Under the pieces are notes generated by a model. The model made no database searches. It was given only the letters and a program-made list of their open reading frames with translations, and was not told the origin of the DNA. This document shows positions 61,743-64,000 of a stretch of DNA of 64,000 bases, in pieces (the stretch's first letter is position 1; each line of letters starts with the position of its first letter). This stretch comes from Mustelus asterias (taxonomy: Eukaryota). A program made the position numbers and the translations under genes. Location of the stretch: contig NC_135805.1 in the NCBI RefSeq assembly GCF_964213995.1, positions 134,044,001 to 134,108,000 of the forward strand, given 5' to 3'.

Positions 61743-62918
61743 ACCTTGTTCTTTGATAGCTGACCTTCACCTGCCTGCTGGGTCTCATTTAGGGCGGTGA
61801 TGGCCGAGCTCCTGAGCAACAATAGCAGTACACCATTCTGTTCTGTCGCTGTTGGGGTTCGTCTGTGAGGATCCTGACGTTCCTGGTCTTGCATTCATTT
61901 TAAGGGATGGCAAATGTTTGTGCGTGTGTTAACGTGGGGTGGCCATTGCACATCAGTTACCACATGGACTTGATGGAGCAAGGTTTTGGTCCAGTGTCAT
62001 GAAGTTCCAAGACGACTGAAGACTAGGCTCTGCTGTATGGGCCTAGGACACACAAGCACACATACGACTGTCCTCCTTATTGTTTTGAAATTATAGCTGG
62101 AAAAGAATAATAATCATACAAAGGCACTTAATCCTTCAATTTACATGTTGCTGGCTTTGGCTCAACATCAAGTTTATTTTAGTACATTTATTTTGCAGAA
62201 CTACTTCCAAGAACAGGTGTAATATCTATTTCCATTCCTAACGCCATTAGCCTTTCATGTTTTCAGGATGTCCCAAGTGTTGATTCACTGCCAATGAATT
62301 CCAAAATGCAAAAGTCATTTACAAGCAAAACAAATAGCTAATTTACGCACACCAAGATCCAATGAGCAGTAAATGATGGTCAAGTTTCAAAGAAACCCCC
62401 TTGCTCTTTGAATAGTGCCATGAATCTTTTACTCCCAGCTGAACAAGCACACAAGCCTTGATATAACTAGTTCATGGTAATGCAGCAGCCCTTCAGTGTA
62501 TAGCCTTAGACTGAGACTTGAATCCACAAGCTCACAATTCAGAAATGAGTACTTACACTAAGCTGATTGTGTTCTAGAAAATGCCCCATTTCTGCACTGA
62601 TCCTAAATCAGCACTTTCGCTTTTAAAGTACTATACTGCAAAAGCTTTCAGGTTTTACAGATTGAACGTGTGGTCAACAATCATTTGGCTAGCATCAGAA
62701 ACAAGACCATCTGGAAGATACCATCTCAGACACAAAATCATTCTTGTAGTAGAACTGCAGCTATTAACTTTAAAACAAAAATCCTGGTAACCAATTACCA
62801 TTCAGGAGGAGGAAATTATTCTTCAGCTCTCCCCCAATTAAGAATTGCAATAGTTGGAGACCAAAGCTTGACACATGCAGCGAAGTTTACATCTGCAGAT
62901 CTGTCTTTGTTGCTACTT

Positions 62919-63020
62919 GTGTGTGGCTTTTGCTACCAAATAAACCTGTTGGATTTTAACCTGGTGTTGTTAAACTTCTTACTGTGTTTACCCCAGTTCA
63001 ACGCCGGCATCTCCACATCA
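62919..63020 (+). mobile_element. Penelope family-1 3'-terminal 102 bp
   Basis: TSD tttgttgctactt at 62906-62918 and 63021-63033; matches about 12404-12505. Confidence 0.85.
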
Positions 63021-63659
63021 TTTGTTGCTACTTCACAGAGGATGAAGTGAGGGGTTTGCAAAACTATTTACATTCAAACACCATAAATTAGATTGTTCAA
63101 ACGTTGAGAGGAAATTCAGTGGTATTCAAGGTAGCATCAACCACGAGATGGGATAAACAACTGTTAGAAATAGGTCTACTGGAGAGTGAAACTGAAGAGT
63201 GTTAGATGGAAATGTTACTTTCTCCTGTGATAGGTTGTGCAAAAATCTAAGATGATCTGATGGTTCCGACTATGACAAGTGTTTATCCTCAAATCAGTCA
63301 CACAGATGCCAAAAGCAACTCTAAAACAAGTTACATTCTTCTCAAAAAAACATTCTGGAGTATTCTGGCTGATGGCCATGAAGATTTATTTTCTGCAAGT
63401 GGAGGGCAGCTATTGTTTTTAAACATAGGGGGCGGGTTTCTTGCTGTGAGCACATTAAGCAGGTTCGAGCACTCCTGCCATAACATTGGCAGAGCTAATC
63501 AGGACTCGGTAAAGATGAAGTAATGGTGAGTTTAATTACACAGGATTTTACTACAGGCACTAACTGTGTGGACAAGATGGAGAACCCAGTTTATATTCTG
63601 TAACTTTGAAAACTTTTACTCGCATGCTTGTGGCATAATCCAAAAAAGAAATCTGCACA

Positions 63660-64000
63660 TACTGACCTGGATGAGAAAGTGGAGGGATGGGTTGGTAAGT
63701 TTGCCAACGACACGAAGGTTGGTGGTGTTGTGGATAGGTTGGAGGGATGTCAGAAGCTGCAGCGTGACATAGATAGGATGCAAGACTGGGCAGAGAAGTG
63801 GCAGATGGACTTCAACCCGGATAAATTTGTAGTGGTCCATTTTGGTAGGTCAAATGGGATGAAAGAGTATAATATCAAGGGTAAGAATCTTAGCAGTGTA
63901 GAGGATCAAGGACTCTTAAATCGGCCTCGCAGGTAGAGGAGGTGGTTAAGAGAAGGTGTATGGTGTGCTGGCCCTCATCAATCGAGGGATTGAGTTTAGG
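63660..64000 (+). mobile_element. CR1 LINE RT fragment running off the window
   Basis: DLDEKVEGWVGKFANDTKVGG...WQMDFNPDK. Confidence 0.9.

Larger units (their letters stand above)
59494..62050 (-). mobile_element. RTE-clade (BovB-like) LINE, decayed, with nested insertions
   Basis: QLRWAGHIVCMPDTRL, MIYRAIVVPALLFGPQTW, APE-like GKSNTNGALLLTKCLEDSLVITNTLF; 3' end gagggactgcctaagaagaa. Confidence 0.85.

Noticed and set aside
47833-64000. Upstream PHF3 PHD-finger exon
   Set aside because: No Cys/His PHD pattern found on the minus strand by eye; probably beyond the window, though a small exon could have been missed

Overview
Eukaryotic, repeat-dense genomic DNA, most likely from a cartilaginous fish (shark): HE1-type V-SINEs, Deu-domain SINEs, CR1, RTE, Rex1/Babar and Penelope elements. 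The window lies inside one minus-strand gene, PHF3. I could assemble nine consecutive GT-AG exons with compatible phases (47832 down to 6211), covering the TFIIS-central-like domain and the start of the SPOC domain; I did not find the PHD-finger exon or the last exons in the window. The most unusual signal is a precise 5S rRNA-U2 snRNA fusion present in two related, inverted copies (about 18203-18455 minus and 19343-19605 plus), a candidate new small-RNA-derived SINE or chimeric retroposon family. Also notable: fold-back Penelope-like elements with 11-13 bp target-site duplications (TSDs) and minimal hammerhead ribozyme cores, one of which has captured nearby genomic DNA at its inversion point; a V-SINE subfamily whose tail resembles Rex1/Babar rather than CR1; and a 20-bp minisatellite that seems to derive from an older 21-bp repeat. 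All family names come from remembered consensus sequences, not database searches; repeat boundaries without TSDs are approximate.
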